A DNA stretch of 64,000 nucleotides, taken from assembly GCA_964016885.1 (NCBI GenBank), contig OZ024742.1:31868001-31932000 (forward strand). The letters are read 5' to 3'. Of the stretch, positions 61,101 to 64,000 are shown one piece after another. Every line of letters begins with the position of its first letter. Positions within the stretch are counted from its first letter, which is position 1. The position numbers and the translations under genes were made by a program. The notes below the pieces were generated by a model. That model ran no database searches. It was not told the DNA's origin and was given only the letters and a program-made list of their open reading frames with translations. Origin of the DNA: Eledone cirrhosa (taxonomy: Eukaryota).

Positions 61101-64000
61101 TGTCTTCACTGTTACTTAACTGTTCCTACCTAATATCTGTAATCTGTGGACTGTAGTCTCTGGTAACTCAATGTCTTCACTGTTACTTAACTGTTCCAAC
61201 CTAATGTCTGTGGTATGTGGACTGTAGTCTCTGGTAACTCAATGTCTTCACTGTTCCAACCTAATATCTGTGGTCTGTGGACTGTAGTCTCTGGTAACTC
61301 AATGTCTTCACTGTTACTTAACTGTTCCAACCTAATATCTGTGGTCTGTGGACTGTAGTCTCTGGTAACTCAATGTCTTCACTGTTGCTTAACTGTTCCA
61401 ACCTAATGTCTGTGGTATGTGGACTGTAGTCTCTGGTAACTCAATGTCTTCACTGTTACTTAACTGTTCCAACCTAATATCTGTGGTCTGTGGACTGTAG
61501 TCTCTGGTAACTCAATGTCTTCACTGTTACTTAACTGTTCCAACCTAATATCTGTGGTATGTGGACTGTGGTGTCTGGTAACTCAATGTCTTCACTGTTA
61601 CTTAACTGTTCCAACCTAATATCTGTGGTCTCTGGACTGTAGTCTCTGGTAACTCAATGTCTTCACTGTTACTTAACTGTTCCTACCTAATATCTGTAAT
61701 CTGTGGACTGTAGTCTCTGGTAACTCAATGTCTTCACTGTTACTTAACTGTTCCAACCTAATGTCTGTGGTATGTGGACTGTAGTCTCTGGTAACTCAAT
61801 GTCTTCACTGTTCCAACCTAATATCTGTGGTCTGTGGACTGTAGTCTCTGGTAACTCAATGTCTTCACTGTTACTTAACTGTTCCAACCTAATATCTGTG
61901 GTCTGTGAACTGTAGTCTCTGGTAACTCAATGTCTTCACTGTTACTTAACTGTTCCAACCTAATATCTGTGGTATGAGGACTGTGGTCTCTGGTAACTCA
62001 ATGTCTTCACTGTTACTTAACTGTTCCAACCTAATATCTGTGGTCTGTGGACTGTAGTCTCTGGTAACTCAATGTCTTCACTGTTACTTAACTGTTCCAA
62101 CCTAATATCTGTGGTATGTGGACTGTGGTGTCTGGTAACTCAATGTCTTCACTGTTACTTAACTGTTCCAACCTAATATCTGTGGTCTCTGGACTGTAGT
62201 CTCTGGTAACTCAATGTCTTCACTGTTACTTAACTGTTCCTACCTAATATCTGTAATCTGTGGACTGTAGTCTCTGGTAACTCAATGTCTTCACTGTTAC
62301 TTAACTGTTCCAACCTAATGTCTGTGGTATGTGGACTGTAGTCTCTGGTAACTCAATGTCTTCACTGTTACTTAACTGTTCCAACCTAATGTCTGTGGTA
62401 TGTGGACTGTAGTCTCTGGTAACTCAATGTCTTCACTGTTCCAACCTAATATCTGTGGTCTGTGGACTGTAGTCTCTGGTAACTCAATGTCTTCACTGTT
62501 ACTTAACTGTTCCAACCTAATATCTGTGGTCTGTGGACTGTAGTCTCTGGTAACTCAATGTCTTCACTGTTATTTAACTGTTGCTACCTAATATCTGTAA
62601 TCTGTGGACTGTAGTCTCTGGTAACTCAATGTCTTCACTGTTACTTAACTGTTCCAACCTAATGTCTGTGGTATGTGGACTGTAGTCTCTGGTAACTCAA
62701 TGTCTTCACTGTTCCAACCTAATATCTGTGGTCTGTGGACTGTAGTCTCTGGTAACTCAATGTCTTCACTGTTACTTAACTGTTCAAACCTAATGTCTGT
62801 GGTATGTGGACTGTAGTCTCTGGTAACTCAATGTCTTCACTGTTCCAACCTAATATCTGTGGTCTGTGGACTGTAGTCTCTGGTAACTCAATGTCTTCAC
62901 TGTTACTTAACTGTTCCAACCTAATATCTGTGGTCTGTGGACTGTAGTCTGGTAACTCAATGTCTTCACTGTTACTTAACTGTTCCAACCTAATGTCTGT
63001 GGTCTGTGGACTGTAGTCTCTGGTAACTCAATGTCTTCACTGTTACTTAACTGTTCCAACCTAATATCTGTGGTATGTGGACTGTGGTCTCTGGTAACTC
63101 AATGTCTTCACTGTTACTTAACTGTTCCAACCTAATATCTGTGGTCTGTGGACTGTAGTCTCTGGTAACTCAATGTCTTCACTGTTACTTAACTGTTCCT
63201 ACCTAATATCTGTAATCTGTGGACTGTAGTCTCTGGTAACTCAATGTCTTCACTGTTACTTAACTGTTCCAACCTAATGTCTGTGGTATGTGGACTGTAG
63301 GCTCTGGTAACTCAATGTCTTCACTGTTCCAACCTAATATCTGTGGTCTGTGGACTGTAGTCTCTGGTAACTCAATGTCTTCACTGTTACTTAACTGTTC
63401 CAACCTAATATCTGTGGTCTGTGGACTGTAGTCTCTGGTAACTCAATGTCTTCACTGTTACTTAACTGTTCCAACCTAATATCTGTGGTATGTGGACTGT
63501 GGTCTCTGGTAACTCAATGTCTTCACTGTTACTTAACTGTTCCAACCTAATGTCTGTGGTATGTGGACTGTAGTCTCTGGTAACTCAATGTCTTCACTGT
63601 TCCAACCTAATATCTGTGGTCTGTGGACTGTAGTCTCTGGTAACTCAATGTCTTCACTGTTACTTAACTGTTCCAACCTAATATCTGTGATCTGTGGACT
63701 GTAGTCTCTGGTAACTCAATGTCTTCACTGTTACTTAACTGTTCCAACCTAATATCTGTGGTCTGTGGACTGTAGTCTCTGGTAACTCAATGTCTTCACT
63801 GTTACTTAACCGTTCCAACCTAATATCTGTGGTATGTGGACTGTGGTCTCTGGTAACTCAATGTCTTCACTGTTACTTAACTGTTCCAACCTAATATCTG
63901 TGGTCTGTGGACTGTAGTCTCTGGTAACTCAATGTCTTCACTGTTACTTAACTGTTCCAACCTAATATCTGTGGTCTGTGGACTGTAGTCTCTGGTAACT
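25139..64000 (+). repeat. 71-bp tandem satellite array (~550 monomers, with a 60-bp deletion variant), open-ended
   Basis: Monomer CTGTTACTTAACTGTTCCAACCTAATATCTGTGGTCTGTGGACTGTAGTCTCTGGTAACTCAATGTCTTCA repeated head-to-tail without interruption. Confidence 0.99.

Noticed and set aside
29629-62988. Repeated 63-70 aa ORFs in the satellite
   Set aside because: They arise only where 60-bp deletion monomers shift stop codons out of frame.
25139-64000. CRISPR-like array
   Set aside because: There are no unique spacers, the entire unit repeats, no cas genes are present, and the context is a eukaryotic intron.

Overview
AT-rich, intron-containing animal DNA. The repeat content suggests an octopus/cephalopod, which is an inference. 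Bases 154-4367 hold the last seven coding exons of a death-associated protein kinase gene (DAPK1-like: last ankyrin repeat, ROC GTPase, COR, death domain). The ~9.7 kb intergenic region that follows is crowded with SINEs, TTAA-flanked MITEs, RTE/Rex3-like, Penelope-like and CRE-like retroelement relics, and a 48-bp minisatellite that appears to derive from a MITE end. An MRG15/MORF4L1-like gene starts at 14092, and five exons (chromodomain plus linker) can be read to 24893. Its intron 2 contains a decayed ~4.8 kb Tx1/L1-clade LINE that lacks an endonuclease region. Its intron 5 is filled by a >38.8 kb array of a 71-bp satellite (~550 monomers, running off the window) with clear nested higher-order duplications. 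No prokaryotic features or CRISPR arrays are present. All family assignments come from motif recognition by eye, not database searches.
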